From assembly GCF_001194135.2 (NCBI RefSeq), contig NC_068992.1, forward strand, positions 29,591,141 through 29,655,140: DNA of 64,000 nucleotides. The letters run 5' to 3'. This document shows, one piece after another, positions 63,441 through 64,000 of this stretch (positions are counted from its first letter, which is position 1; the number at the start of each line of letters is the position of its first letter). The position numbers were made by a program, and so were the translations under genes. The DNA comes from Octopus bimaculoides (taxonomy: Eukaryota). The notes under the pieces were generated by a model, which ran no database searches, was not told the origin of the DNA, and saw only the letters and a program-made list of their open reading frames with translations.

Positions 63441-64000
63441 ATATAAGGTACTTTATCTTTCGAATGGGTTCATAGGATTTCACTTCCTGTCAATTTCAGC
63501 CCGAATAAGCAATGTGTATAAGTATATGCAGATTTAAATTCATATCTATATACATATAAATAGCTATATTTATGTTTATTTGTATGCACACACATGAAAA
63601 CACACACAGACACACGTGCACGCGTGCACACACGCGCTAACACACACAATCATATACGCACACATAAAATAATACACATACATATACATATATGAGTGTA
63701 ATTGTGTTTCTGTGTGCATACTTAGTATATTCAATCTCAATCTCCTTGCACTCTCAGTAGTTCCTCAACATCTACGCCCTTGTGTTAAATACCAAAGTAT
63801 TTCGTCCATTCAACGACATTTTATGTTATCACAATCAACGTGCCTCTATTTGTGATTTCTCTCCTTTTATCCCACCATTGCAAAATGTACTGTTAAAAGA
63901 TGGTTGCTTTCGTACCACTTATATTCAAGTATACTCCACTCAAATCTCTATTCCTTTCATCATACCGACTGTGTCAAAATTCCAGATCTCATACAAACGG

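Overview
AT-rich eukaryotic DNA, dense in microsatellites, with eight N-gaps. Almost all gaps are flanked by simple repeats, which suggests a short-read assembly. The SINE families, the compound (CA)/(TA)/(TCTA)/(AAT) tracts and the LINE spectrum point to an Octopus genome (inference from recalled repeat families, not from a search). I found no host protein-coding gene, tRNA gene, rRNA or CRISPR array, so the window is probably intergenic or part of a large intron. Nearly all ORFs in the track are microsatellite read-throughs. The recognisable coding sequence is all dead retroelement: an R4/Dong-like RLE non-LTR element (35.7-37.2 kb), a Penelope GIY-YIG fragment with what looks like a broken hammerhead ribozyme (42.9-43.7 kb), and Tx1, RTE and CR1 remnants. 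There are three tRNA-derived SINE families (called A, B and C here), several with clear TSDs. DNA-transposon derivatives are varied: a young-looking Merlin-like MITE with a perfect 8-bp TSD, a Tigger-like MITE, a piggyBac-like foldback, a 1.1-kb foldback, a Helitron 3' end and Helentron/HINE-like pieces. I see no convincing new biological system. The best leads are the Merlin-like MITE, the Penelope ribozyme remnant, the SINE-C 3' stem-loop with a (CAA)n tail, the R4-like element and the concentration of long fold-back structures. Boundaries of degenerate elements are approximate.
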